From: Glycera tridactyla
Taxonomy: Eukaryota
DNA length: 64,000 nucleotides
Direction of reading: 5' to 3'
Assembly (NCBI GenBank): GCA_965644265.1
Contig: OZ286474.1
Location: 7,688,001 to 7,752,000, forward strand
Within the stretch, counting starts at the first letter, position 1. Every line of letters starts with the position of its first letter. A program made the translations under genes and the position numbers. Below the pieces are notes generated by a model, which worked only from the letters and a program-made list of their open reading frames with translations, made no database searches and was not told the origin of the DNA. Shown here piece by piece: positions 25,945 through 37,575 of the stretch.

Positions 25945-28900
25945 GATTGAATTGAATTGAAGAAACTTTATTCACAAAAGCATTGAACATCATATTACAT
26001 GCTTTGGTGGACAGTGGAACATAAACACCAGACATATCAACATCAACATATATACAAGTAAGGTAAAAATAAAAATTCAAGACAAATCAGTTCAGTCGGC
26101 CACTGATAGTACTATACACGATTATATATACCAAGAATAGTATTGCATGGATCATTATCAACTCTGACGAGCCAGGCGTGATGCAAGGCCCATGTGTGAT
26201 TGCCTGGCAAGTTAACATAGGTTGGAGAAATTAGAGAGGTTAGAGCCACCATAGCCATTATAGCCATTATTCAGATGGTGCAACAGGGAGCTCACCAATA
26301 TGAATATGATCTTCATGATGCCGGAGTTTTGACTGTGCAGAACACCCTACCGGAAATGGAGCATCATGCTCATCTTAAAGCTGGGCTTGCTCACATTACA
26401 TCTTAAGTTGGGGAGGATAGAGTTCCAGAGGCGTGCGCCTCGAATGAACACACTTCTGTTTGCAAATACAGTACGAGTCTGTTTTACCTCGAAGTCATTT
26501 CTGGCAGTCTGCCGTGTTTCTCTGGCTGACACAGAAGATTGTGGCACCATGTTTCTCATACTGTTATCACCTGTTATAATTTTATAAATCTCATTAGCAA
26601 GATGGCGGTCTCTTAGCTGAGACGGATAGGGCACACCAAGAGCATTATGACAGTCTGTGGCAGAACGATTGGCCCAATTATTCCATACCGTCCGTAGACA
26701 TCGGTTTTGTAACATTTGCAGACGATATGCAGCTTGGGCACTGAGACTTCCATAAACGTAATCATTATAGCAGATAATACTCTGTATCAATGAATGATAT
26801 AAAAATAGGGCGCGCTCTTGGCTTATGTACATGCGGACTCTCAACCGAGCGGCCTTACGAGTATTAACATTTTTTATTAGGTGACTGACATGATTGTCGA
26901 ATGTTAGGTTCTCGTCAAGAACTACCCCTAGATATTCAAAGCTATGAACTCTTTGGATCTTATCATTGTTGTATAGCAAATGAGTTGCTGAGATTTTTGA
27001 TGTCTGATGCCGTGTCCCGAAAATCATTAAAGAAGACTTGGCTACGTTCAACGACAAACGCATGTACCGAACCATCTGCTTATGGTGTCAAGGTCACCTC
27101 TGAGTTTCAGAAGCAATTCATCCTCTGTACCGGCACCGGCACATATCGCGGTGTCGTCCGCATATAGGAATGACTTGCAAGAACCAAGTATACTCGGTAG
27201 CTGGTCCACATAAATGACAAACAAAAGTGGTCCGAGAATAGACCCTTGTGGGACTCCACAAGTGATGGATCTACTCTCGGACCTAACTTCCTCAAAGGCG
27301 GTCATTTGTGAGCGGCCGGATAGATAAGAACGCACCCAAGTAATAGCACTATCCCTGAAGCCTATTTCCCTGAGGCGGTCAAGCATACGCTGGTGATCGA
27401 CCGTATCGAACGCCTTCTTCAGATCCAGGAAGAGGAGCCCGGTGGGGCATACCCTGTCAGCCATCGAGTAGATATTTTCCAAGAAGCTGGCAAGGCATGC
27501 CCCAGTCGAGCTCCCCTCCCTGAATCCAAATTGGGCGTCGGACAAGTATACATGGGTCTGTATGAAAACCGCCTTTTCTAAGATCTTACCTAGGGTTGGT
27601 AGGATAGATATAGGGCGAAAGTTGTTCAGGCCCATATCTATCCTCCCTTTATGTAGTATAGAAATAGAGCCTCGTTCCCAGGCATCAGGGAATGAATGAT
27701 TACTGATAGAAATATTACAAACATGGGTGATTGCGTGAATAATATTTTCAGGAAACATTTTAGCAAATTTTGCTGAAATTCTGTCCTCGCTCGCTGAGTT
27801 CGTAGATTATATCCCGGATCTGCTTAGCCGTTGTACTTGTTAATTCAAAGACAGGTGGCCGGTATGTTTGTGCTTCAGGACATGGGTGGTCGCATGGGAC
27901 TATATTAGATGCGAGATTGCCGCCTATTTCACTGAAAAAAGGCGTTAACCTCGTTCGCCATGTCAGTCTTGTCATTGTTCACAAGTATCGGGCGGAGGTC
28001 ATCTTGTTTCTTCATGGGCCAGAGCTTTTTTTATAGATGACCATAACTTCTTAGGACTTTTCTTATGAGCTTCAATATTGTCTGTCACAATTTTTTTTCA
28101 TTAGGTCTGTTTCTAGTGTGTTCTTTTGCACGAAAGCTTCCCTTTTCAGAGCTGAGTTGACTTCAGACGGGTTTTTGTCAAAAATATATGATCTGTACTG
28201 ACATAGGTCAATCATGCTGAAATACTGGCCATTGGCCCATGGTAGCATTCGATCACGAAAGGTACGGCTTTAGGTTGGCGCATGAGCCTCGATAGTGATT
28301 GAGAGCGTATCACCATTTTTTTCCACAGCTGTTTCTAAATGACGGCAATTTAGAATTTGCCCAACATCAATCTCCTCGAGGTCAAGAGTGAAATCTTCTT
28401 TGTCGAAATTGCGGAAGCATCTAAAAGTCCCCACGCGTTTAGGTTGTCGTAGCTTTTGTCTTTTTCTGCATACGAAAACCAGCGGGTGGTCACTCAAGCC
28501 AGGATTGAGTGTACCAGATCTGCTGTAATAGTTGGCATTTGACACCACAACGTGGTCAATAATGGTAGCACTGGCACATGTGACTCTCGTTGGTCTGTCT
28601 ATTAACTGTGTTAACCCTCTTTCCTTTAGGAAATTTCTATAAGATTTGGTGATACTGCATCTACTTTTTAAAAAGTCGATGTTAATGTCTCCGAGCGCGA
28701 CCAGATCAAAGAATTGGTAGGTTTCATTTAGGAAGTCTCAGGTATGCGCTAGCTGCTCAAGTGCACCGGCAGTAGCGCCATCTGGTGGTCTGTAAACAGA
28801 TCCTAGGATAATTGGCCGACACTTGTTCAGGTTGATTTCGCACCAGACACACTCTATATCCGGGGTGCATGTGTTTACCGTGTGAATATTGGAAACGTTG

Positions 28901-29275
28901 TATTGTGAACCAAAATATACTAGTATACCTCCTCCCCCTTTCTTACCACTGGCATCCGTTCGGTCTTGGCAGAGAAATTTATACTCTGGAATCGTGAGCT
29001 CCTCATCTGATATACTGGCATTTAGGAAACTTTCAATCAGTATTATAAAATCAAGGCCGCTAGCCTGCAGTAGAACCTTGATCTCATCGATCTTGCGTGT
29101 GATACGTCTGAATGTTAAGAGACGCAAAGCTGATGCCAGGTGAATTTGATAATGAGGCTGTGGTATAGTCAATATCATTCAGTGGATTTTCACATGGAAA
29201 TATCTGGGTGGCTCTCCTTCTATTGTTGCTCTGTGTCCTGTGTAGTAGGTTGTAGGATGGAGTGGAGTAGTGCAA
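25945..29275 (-). mobile_element. Degraded L2/Crack-like LINE ORF2 (APE-RT) with 3' UTR and (TTCAA)n tail
   Basis: APE: SFASLNI/RRITRKIDEIK, KGGGGILVY, SVYRPP, GLSDHPLVF. RT: FRPISILP, QFGFR, FLDLKKAFDTVDH, GVPQGSILGPLLF, LYADDTAI. C-terminus FEYLGVVLD. AATAAA plus tail at 25945-25975. Several frameshifts and stops. Confidence 0.93.
27048..27758 (-). pseudogene. Non-LTR reverse transcriptase core
   Basis: Domains with DLKKAFD, PQGSILGP and YADD visible in the ORF track. Confidence 0.95.
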
Positions 29276-29707
29276 TTATTTGTGAAGGTTGGATCCAAGT
29301 TCTAATGTTTGTGGGCGCAGTGGGATTATGAGTAGAATATATGACTGTGAATGTGCGCGGCGAGTCGATCTAGATAGGAAATGATGTATATGTTTTGTCT
29401 AACCACGGATAAATGTATATTCTATATAGGGTGAGTTGAAGGATACATTGACATCTGTCGTTGGTAAGAAAGGAAACCAGGTGCAGGCATCTATCAGACT
29501 CAACAAGGTGGAACCTAGGTGAGTGGCAGCTATTAGCACGAGATGAAGCGCCATCTCACAGGACTGACGAAGTGTGGTTGCGGCATTGGTAAAGTGCTAA
29601 CTGGTGTCAATTGTAGATACCATGTGTGTATTGGTACGTGATCATGAGTAAGACAGGTCGTGTCGGATGATGGGGTGATGTCTGGATGCTTTCTTAAACC
29701 CTCACAA

Positions 29708-29968
29708 ATGACCAACCTGACCAAACGAGCACAATGGATCAAATCAAACAATCAATCAGACAGACGACAGATGACAGAACTAGTCATAAGTAGTTATAAG
29801 TAGTCATACGCCAAGGCCATTACTCACTTATGCTCAACCCATGACCAGCCTGACCAAGCAAACACAATAGATCAAATCAGACAATCAATCAGACAGATGA
29901 CTGATGCAGAAATAATCATAAGTAGTCATAAGTAGCCATACGCCAAGGCCATCACTCACTTATGCTCA
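29708..29968. repeat. Two-copy ~133-bp tandem duplication
   Basis: tgaccaacctgacc...atacgccaaggccattactcacttatgctca recurs at 29842-29967. Confidence 0.85.
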
Positions 29969-31920
29969 CGGTCATGCCGATGTGGTACAGTTGATGCTGC
30001 GTACTTGAATATGTATTCGATTTTTGAATTTTGAATTTTGAATTTTGACCCAGGTCCTCAGCCATTACATAAATAGATAAATAACTAAATAAATAAACAA
30101 CCAAATACATGAATGGGAATAAAGCTGATTAGTTGTGGATCTGTACTGCCCACCTAGGCCCGTAGTTGAAGATGAAAATTGTGATCAAAATCAAAATCAG
30201 GATCAACATCTAAGTCAGGATCAAAAACAAAATCATAATCATAATCAAAATCAAAATCAAAATCATCATCATGAACCAATTAATCATGTCAACTCGGTCG
30301 CATGAATGCAACCATATAGGTTGCGCATTCTTATTCGGTCATTGACTGAGTAATCAGTCGGTTATATACAGTCACGGGTTGTATTAGAAGCATTCAGTCG
30401 ATCCGATTACGATTCACCATATAAGAATTTGAGACCGGTATTCAGGTCCAGCCAAACTCACATCAAATGATCGAACAAGTAATCATAGATCACACAATAC
30501 AACAGTCATCACATAACCGTGATCGATAGATAAGTGAGTGAGCAAGTAAATCGATAGGTAGACTCCTATTATTCTAGCCCACTCGTTACGTGATCAATTG
30601 AGTCTAGTTATTCAGTAAACTTTGTTTAGTCAAATAAGTCTTCAATTATTAATCAACTGAATCAGCTGAATCAAACCAATTGAGTAATCGGGTAAGCAAA
30701 CATAGATCAACATACCAGGTAGTACCTTATTCAATGAACAAATAAAATAAAATTCCAGTTGAAGGTGCTGTATACATGCCAAATAACGAAACAGTTGATT
30801 GATTGAGCGAGTATATACCACATTCAAGTATTTTTATACGACTGTCATGATCAAATGTGGTCATTTCAATTATAATGTTCATTTCGAAATACAAAAACTC
30901 AATCAAAACAGTTATCTCACATATGAGAGCTCCTACGAAATTCGTGGAAATACTGCTATTGATTGGATGGAAAAGATACAAGTGACACAAGTGACGGAGT
31001 GGATTTACCTGGATACTGAGGAGGACATGGGGTGAGGGGGGGGGGGGGTCTTGTCACATTGGAGCAAGAGAGTGTTACTATAAGTATTGGTATCGACATG
31101 CAATAGACACGCTAAGTAGCCATAAGGTCAAAGAACTGTTGCCGAGTCATTCCAGGTCACGCCAAGTCGGTTGTAGCTAAGTTGCATATCGGTGTATAGT
31201 GTAGCGCCTGTAGGTGAGGGGTATAGTTTACACCACACTTGCCTGGTCATTGTTCACTGTGTCAGTCTCTATTTCACACGTTCACATTTTCAAGTTATCA
31301 CTCTTACTCATTCCACTTTCTTTCTTACGACCTTGCTCATACTCCCACACACATTCTCTCTGATACGGTTTCACTCCGATTCATCCTCTCAATCATTCAA
31401 ACATTTTTACATCTCTCTCTCCATCTCATTCTCTCTTTCATACTCACTCTCATACTCTCTTGCTGTACTTCTTTTTCTCTTTCCTATAGTCTCATAGTCT
31501 TTCAGACACAAACACTATCGACATGTAATGGTTGCGCAGAGAATCTCCTCTTGGAGCGTATTGTTTGTTGGGCACCAAACTGTAGTAGCAAGAAACACAT
31601 CAATCTACTCGACGGCAAGCCTGTTGGCGGTCAAGTAAGTAGCCATCATGGCTTCTTACCATAGCATAGACGAGCGGTCGCATCTGGTTGTTTACGCATG
31701 CGATGTTTTGCTGAGCCTGGTGCCTGGTCCGATGATATCGTTGTCACTGTCGGCAGATCGATGTGAGCATAGAGGATACGTTGTAGTATGGATGGATGTG
31801 AATACTGATGGAGATGACTAGTCACCGGCGTTGCTTCACACTTAGCAGCCAGCATACACACCCACACTGTCTTGCATAGGTCTTCAGAGGAGAGGCTCCT
31901 ATTGGCGTAGGTACAGGTAC

Positions 31921-32150
31921 AGCGAGTCACCGTCATGGCTTCTCAGCTGTTAGTCTGTCGTGCACATCACACGCTGTACTACTTGGATCTTCATCTGTCG
32001 TTGGAGAGGCTTCTACTGACCTGGGTACAGCAAGTCACCGTCATGGCTTCTCTGCTGCTAGCCAGTCGTACACATCTGTCAGCGTCGTAACACTTGTTAT
32101 CTTCTTGACATGCTGGCACTCATACGGCGAGTCACCGTCATGGCTTCTCG
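31921..32150. repeat. Diverged ~100-bp tandem repeat with conserved core gtcaccgtcatggcttct
   Basis: Core at ~31926, ~32034, ~32131 (partial at ~31641); intervening sequences are homologous. Confidence 0.75.
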
Positions 32151-32232
32151 CACATTGGCCAGTAGCTCTACGAGGTGTGAAAATCGCTTGATTCTGTGTC
32201 TTGGTTGTATCAGCGTCAGACAAGTTGTTTAT

Positions 32233-33284
32233 CTAGCGATAGTGATCACGACGTCTGTCCGATGAGGGCCTCTGGATGCTGTTATTGTGACTGCGTACCT
32301 GGGGCTGGAAGCGACGCCTGGCAATGCGAGATTCGCGATGTCGGTCCTGACGCTCAAGTTCGGCCAAGTGTTGGAGATGACGTACCCGGGCTTCTTCATC
32401 CTTCTTGGCTCGCCACCAATCCATGACTGTTGGAATTACGTCAAGTAGGAGCATGTAATAGCCATCATTATTTAGATGTAGGTTGTCCTTTTTAAGGAAC
32501 GCACTGATAATATTGTCACTGGTGCCACTTTGATTGGTGGGGCGTGATACATGGTAGTAAAGCGATCACGTAGCGAGATCTCTGGTATCGAATTTGTGTC
32601 TTATCGAGAAGTACATATAGTAGTCGAGCCAGGTTGCCATCTGCTTCGCTTCCTGGCACCACCAGGACCTCTGGAGAATAGGTATTACCCTACGGGGCAG
32701 ACGGGAATCTGGACCTGATAAAATGAACAGTTCATCTACCTCTTTTACCAATTGGTCCCTCCAGATTTGGATCTCGATTGGCGCCTTCCAGTTATAGTTG
32801 TATCTGGAATTTTTCTTGCGCAGGTTCTTTAAGTGACCATTACTGTCCTCGACATCGTTACTTCCCAATAGCATGATGATGCAGGATGGTTGGTATTCCT
32901 TATCCAGGCTAGTGTCCCATTGGTTGCCATATCGTGCGGTCTTGCTCTCTGACATACATTTTCTTCCAGATTGTCTCTAAGCGTCCAAATTTTCGCCTCT
33001 CCCACTCCTAAGCATTCTACAGAATTGTGGTCCACTAGGTATCCGAAGCGATGTCCGTGATCGATTTTCGTAATGTACTTGTATAAGTGGACAGCGTGCG
33101 ATGAACCTAATAGAAGGATTTCCGGGCGACCGTGTCTTTCAACCGTGAGCAGTGATTGCTCTATCCAATTTGGGCCATCCGGAAACATGCGACACCAACT
33201 CAGAATTTCGTCCGATCTATTATATCTCCACTTCGGCGGTCTTGTTCTTGCCACCGGTCTTTTGTAGATTGGTAAGCGGTCCAT
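32233..33284 (-). pseudogene. SGNH/GDSL-type hydrolase (esterase) ORF, one frameshift and one premature stop
   Basis: Block I LLLGSSH and block II LGVG (ORF 32829..33284); block III LLGSND (ORF 32566..32955). In-frame past the TGA at 32566: FLKKDNLHLNNDGY (block V DxxH, 32476-32487), continuing into ORF 32233..32454. Confidence 0.85.
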
Positions 33285-33288
33285 ACTG

Positions 33289-33810
33289 TTAACGGAATAT
33301 GCGATGACCTTGCCTCAGAGATGTCCACTCTTCTTCGAATGTTGGTATATCGCTACTGCGAGAGTCGTTGGATTGTGATCTATGTTGTTGTCTGTTTGAC
33401 CGATCACCGTTGCCAAGTGGGCGTTGGTAACCACCCCGCCTGCTTCGATCGCGAGACCTGCTCCTCGAGGGGGTTTGAGCAGGGGATCTCGAACGCGGTC
33501 GGCTATTCGGGTTACCACGAACCGAGGACTGTCTGCCCCTGGCACCCCTTCTCGGGTTTGCTTGCCGCCAGAGTGCGTCGTCCCATTCCATTTGGCGGGG
33601 GGTATTCTGCACATGTTGATTAGAGCGGTATTCTTCGGTACGATGACTATATCCACGTCTATCATTGGGAAACCCTTCTCCTTTATTGACTTTTTGTTGC
33701 TGTTTCTGTTGATTATGCTGGCGGGACTGTTGGTTGTCCCGCGGTGGGGGTTTCTGCCCAGTCGCAATATTCTGTTGCTGTTGGAGTTGATTCGGTTGTT
33801 GCTGTTGTTT
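33289..33810 (-). pseudogene. Q-rich then RS-rich C-terminal part of the interrupted ORF1
   Basis: Frame of ORF 33289..33612 stays open up to the LINE tail at ~33810 (KQQQQPNQLQQQQN...), then RSRSPAQTPSRSRSRDRSRR. Confidence 0.65.
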
Positions 33811-33811
33811 G

Positions 33812-34950
33812 ATTGATTGATTGAAAAACTTTATTTACACTCGAAGTAGTATATGGTGATACATGGGTATGTGTGCGCAAATGCACATTTGACGTACCCT
33901 CGAGTACATTTATAATGATACAAGCAGAAAATTTTCATAAAACGAAACTACGGTGTTAGTTACTATTAGAAAGGGTAGGTGTTAATAGGACCTGTCGACA
34001 TGTTCCTGTTATATATACATGATATACAATATGTACATGCAGGAAGTGATTGTGACATTGTTAGTGAGCATTTCATACATCTGACTGGATACACAACTAT
34101 TAGTACAATGGAGGCAGGACAATCATAGTAGCTACAAGGTAGGTTATATAGCTGTATATAGAGATAGGTGAGTTAGTTTTGTTGTAAGTTGGCATCTAGG
34201 CATATGTAGCAGTGTATGTCTTGTATGATTCATTAAACTGGTCTAAGCATGAGAGGACCCAAGGTGTATTCGCTTATACCAGTCGTTGATTTTCGCTTTG
34301 AAGTCGTCGAGTTTCTCAATGTTACAAAGTTGTTGTGGGGGATTGTTCCATTTTTTACTTGCACGATAAAAGATGTTCCCATCACTGCGTTGTAGGCGAT
34401 TTCTTGGCAGTTTTATGTGTGTTAGCTTGCCTTGTTCTCCCAGTACATGCCATGGCTGGTGTGTGGACATTGAATTTACTGCTTATAGATGTTGGACTGA
34501 GTGTTTGTACAGATTTTTGCACGAATATGCAATCATATATTTCCCTTTGTATCGACAAAGGTAAGACGTTCGTCTTCTTATACAGGTCTTGTCTGTTTGA
34601 TTGATTCCCTATCTTCAGTATTGCTCGCAGAATATATTATGGCATATTTGCAAGCAATTTGTGTCTGAAACATTTGCGGCTTCATATATGATTGAGCAAT
34701 AAAGAAAATGCGGGGCGATCAATGTATCATAGATCCTGTTTGCTGTATGCTCACTTACGAATCCACGTATGTTCTAGAGAAGTCTTGTCTTGTATCTTAC
34801 TGCATTTATGAGCTTGCTAATGTGGTCTTTAAATGATAGGGTTTGGTCTAGGTGTAATCCAAGATATTTGAATTTCGTGACAGGCATTATATCTATTCCA
34901 TTGATTTTCACAACATTTTGTGGTTTGTCTTTTGACGTTTTCATAGATAT
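33812..34950 (-). mobile_element. 5'-truncated L2/Crack-like LINE 3' fragment with (TCAA)n tail
   Basis: VTKFKYLGLHLDQTLSF, IYDTLIAPHFLYC, IFYRASKKWN motifs. AATAAA plus caatcaatcaatc tail at 33812-33835. 5' junction is approximate. Confidence 0.85.
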
Positions 34951-35928
34951 TTGAGTCGTGTGGCCCTTGGTACTCTTGCATTCCCTCATAAGCCACTGCT
35001 TCTAAACGAACATTTATATTTGGGTTGTCATTGCCGTTATTATTGTTACATGGGTTATAGGGCATGTTAGGGTATGGCGTGCATGCAAATTGATTGATTG
35101 ACTGGTTGAAATGTGCCTGGGGTTGGTTTGACATTTGTTTTGCAGGTTGATTGAAATGTTGATCATAAGGAGACTGATAATTAGGCTGATAATTAGCCTG
35201 CGTTTGGAATTGATTTCTTGGTTGATTTTGGTGCTGATCATGCTGCTGAGTATATCCGGCCTGGTAGTTATTGGTAGGGTGCCACGGGTCACATTGTCCA
35301 GGTGCGTGGTTGTAGTCACCATTATAGTCACCCTGGTATATGTTCTGGGGTTGAAAGTTTCCCTTCTGTTGGTCACCGTTGTATGTTGGTTTCATGCTAG
35401 CTCGCCATCCGAAATTACCATTCGACCGCGACCATGGGGGGCCAGGAGGTTGGCGCTGCATATTATTGTTTGGGCCGTTCATAACTTCAGTCGGGGCTGG
35501 CTCAGATTTTTCCACTTGTCTTACTTTAGCCATAGTTCCGTTGGGGAAACTCGGTGCTGCATCTTTTTGCAACATATTCTGTCTAGGTTTATATTTGCGC
35601 GGTGGAATTTCCGTGATTTGACTTACTCCTCTACGTTTAGCTTCTTCGGTTGCTATTCGAAGGGAGCAGCTATCGCGAACTACTGTTGGTAATGATTCAG
35701 GTTGTTCAACTATCCACACCTTACCACTGTCTGTCCATGCATGGTCGATCACGCCGAATTTTCGGGCATGTCTGGCGTGATAGTAGATTTTGCTGTTCTC
35801 AGAGGTCAGGTGTTCCTTGAAAAATATCCGTGCTTCCCGCAGACGACCCTTCATTTTCATTAATGACTTTTTCACCTCTGGATTGGCGAGTTTGAATCTA
35901 ACCGACTTGGGTTTTTCTTCCTCATTTT
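34950..35928 (-). pseudogene. LINE-type ORF1 (L1-like RRM/CTD) middle part plus Q/N-rich region
   Basis: KPKSVRFKLANPEVKKSLMKMKGRLREARIFFKEHLT...WTDSGKVW matches the RP.IVKF...IFI.E.LT...WT.DG pattern of RRM-type ORF1 proteins; followed by Q/N/Y/P-rich low complexity. Confidence 0.8.
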
Positions 35929-36159
35929 TTCAATCCTTAGAAGATGACACACCATAAACTAATCAGTCTATTTCTTGTAACTAATTCTGATAAACGTTCT
36001 GGTTAAGAGATGACAATTAACATGAACTTGTTATGTTACATGATTGTAAATTATTCATAGCCTGTAGATCGCTTGTTCCTTGTCAGTTCATCAATGTAAA
36101 AGAAGAAGATAGAGTCATATACCATTAGTGAATGTTTGGCTCAAATTGTTTGTTTTTAA

Positions 36160-36419
36160 CACGTATGCCTCTGGGCACTACAAGATCCTAATGATCGTAA
36201 TTTTGAATTAATTTCCAAAAAGTACCCAGAGGCACAGTGCATCTGGACCAGATTGTGGTCGAAGGCATCTGGACCAGAATGTGATCCAAAATCCTAATTG
36301 AAAACCCCTTTTTCAATTAGATCAATGCAGTCAAAACTGACCACCGGAGCAAACTAAACTTGCTCTAAGATTTTTGAATCTCTCTTAGTTTGAATCAATC
36401 TTAACTAAAGGCATACGTG
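36160..36419. mobile_element. Putative 260-bp MITE with 11-bp TIRs (CACGTATGCCT), TTAA/TAAA flanks
   Basis: CACGTATGCCT 36160-36170 and AGGCATACGTG 36409-36419; internal inverted and direct repeats. Confidence 0.45.
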
Positions 36420-36681
36420 TAAAACAACACTTCTGAGACATTCAAACACAACATTTTTATTGGGGAATGGCCCTAACAACAAGAAACAACTAATGGACGA
36501 GTGGGCATCATTTTTGGGACAAGCATGCTAGGCCCAGGCAAAGCCTAAGAATCGTTGACGTAACCTGCCCTAGAGCAGGGAGGTGATCCTGGAGAGAAAA
36601 ACCAGACTTCGCAGAAACATCTATAGGAGCGCCTGCCCCAAATTATAATAATATAATAAAATAATAATATAATCAGGCGCC

Positions 36682-37575
36682 CTAAAGAATAACTGAACTC
36701 GGACGAATATATACTCTAAAAGCAGCAGAATTCCATCTCCCTTTCAAGCGAATTTGTTCTTCCGAGAGACCTTCCTGAGCCCAGTCCGAGCAACGGCCAA
36801 TGCGGAAGGAGTGGCTAGAAAGGTTATGTTCCCTACCCAACACTAGACTACCCGCCGTGTCAATCCAAGCATTCACAAAATTACTAGAAATAGACAACCC
36901 TTTCCGTATCAACAAAGGACCCTGGGACCGTCCCCTCAAAGCCAAGTAGGCACACATAGTGTCCACCGGACAAACCATAACATCTCCTTCTCTCCTTAGA
37001 ATAAAGGACCGGACCCCAGAAGAAAACTTATACGATCTAAAGGTAAGCTGAAATGCATCCACTTTTCCAAATGATACGGCATGCTCTAGATCCCGCAACT
37101 GCAAGACATGATTACTCCCCCCGGTGTTTGCATACTCTGACACACGTAAACATGCGTGGTAGGCCCAAACAAAGGTCACTTTGAGCAGCCGGCGGTCGTA
37201 TTCGCCACACGGCATGTTATCGATACATTTCACCATGTCACGCAACAGAATCCTATTTATAGGCACACGACTATCCACGCTATTTGTGAGTTTAGCCACC
37301 CCCATAATCGTACGCAGGACCTTATACTGTTTGCACCAGTCGTCAATACCTGCCAATTTCAGTTTGTGAGAAATAGCCGAGAGCCGTGACTTTATCGTAG
37401 ATCCCTTCAGGCCGTTTCTGTGCAAATGAGCAATATAAAAACACACGGCATCACTATTCCAATCAATGTTATTATCCAATACAAATGCCTGAAATTCACC
37501 CCAGGTCTTGTCATACGCCTTTACTGTGCTCTTAGCAAAAGAATTATCAACAAGGTTATTTACCAATGTTTGCAA
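36682..37575 (-). CDS. Tyrosine recombinase (phage-integrase family) of YR retrotransposon
   Basis: N-terminal SAM-like part STVKAY...STIKSRLSAISH; catalytic LRVSE, CPV, SHSFRIG, GRWNS and YIR all present. Confidence 0.95.
   Translation of the reverse strand: MQTLVNNLVDNSFAKSTVKAYDKTWGEFQAFVLDNNIDWNSDAVCFYIAHLHRNGLKGSTIKSRLSAISHKLKLAGIDDWCKQYKVLRTIMGVAKLTNSVDSRVPINRILLRDMVKCIDNMPCGEYDRRLLKVTFVWAYHACLRVSEYANTGGSNHVLQLRDLEHAVSFGKVDAFQLTFRSYKFSSGVRSFILRREGDVMVCPVDTMCAYLALRGRSQGPLLIRKGLSISSNFVNAWIDTAGSLVLGREHNLSSHSFRIGRCSDWAQEGLSEEQIRLKGRWNSAAFRVYIRPSSVIL

Noticed and set aside
24344-26080. 578-aa ORF and overlapping long ORFs
   Set aside because: Translation of the 47-bp array; all three minus frames cycle through the same peptide.
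31921-32150. Conserved 18-bp core with variable spacers (CRISPR-like)
   Set aside because: The intervening sequences are homologous to each other, so this is a diverged tandem repeat.
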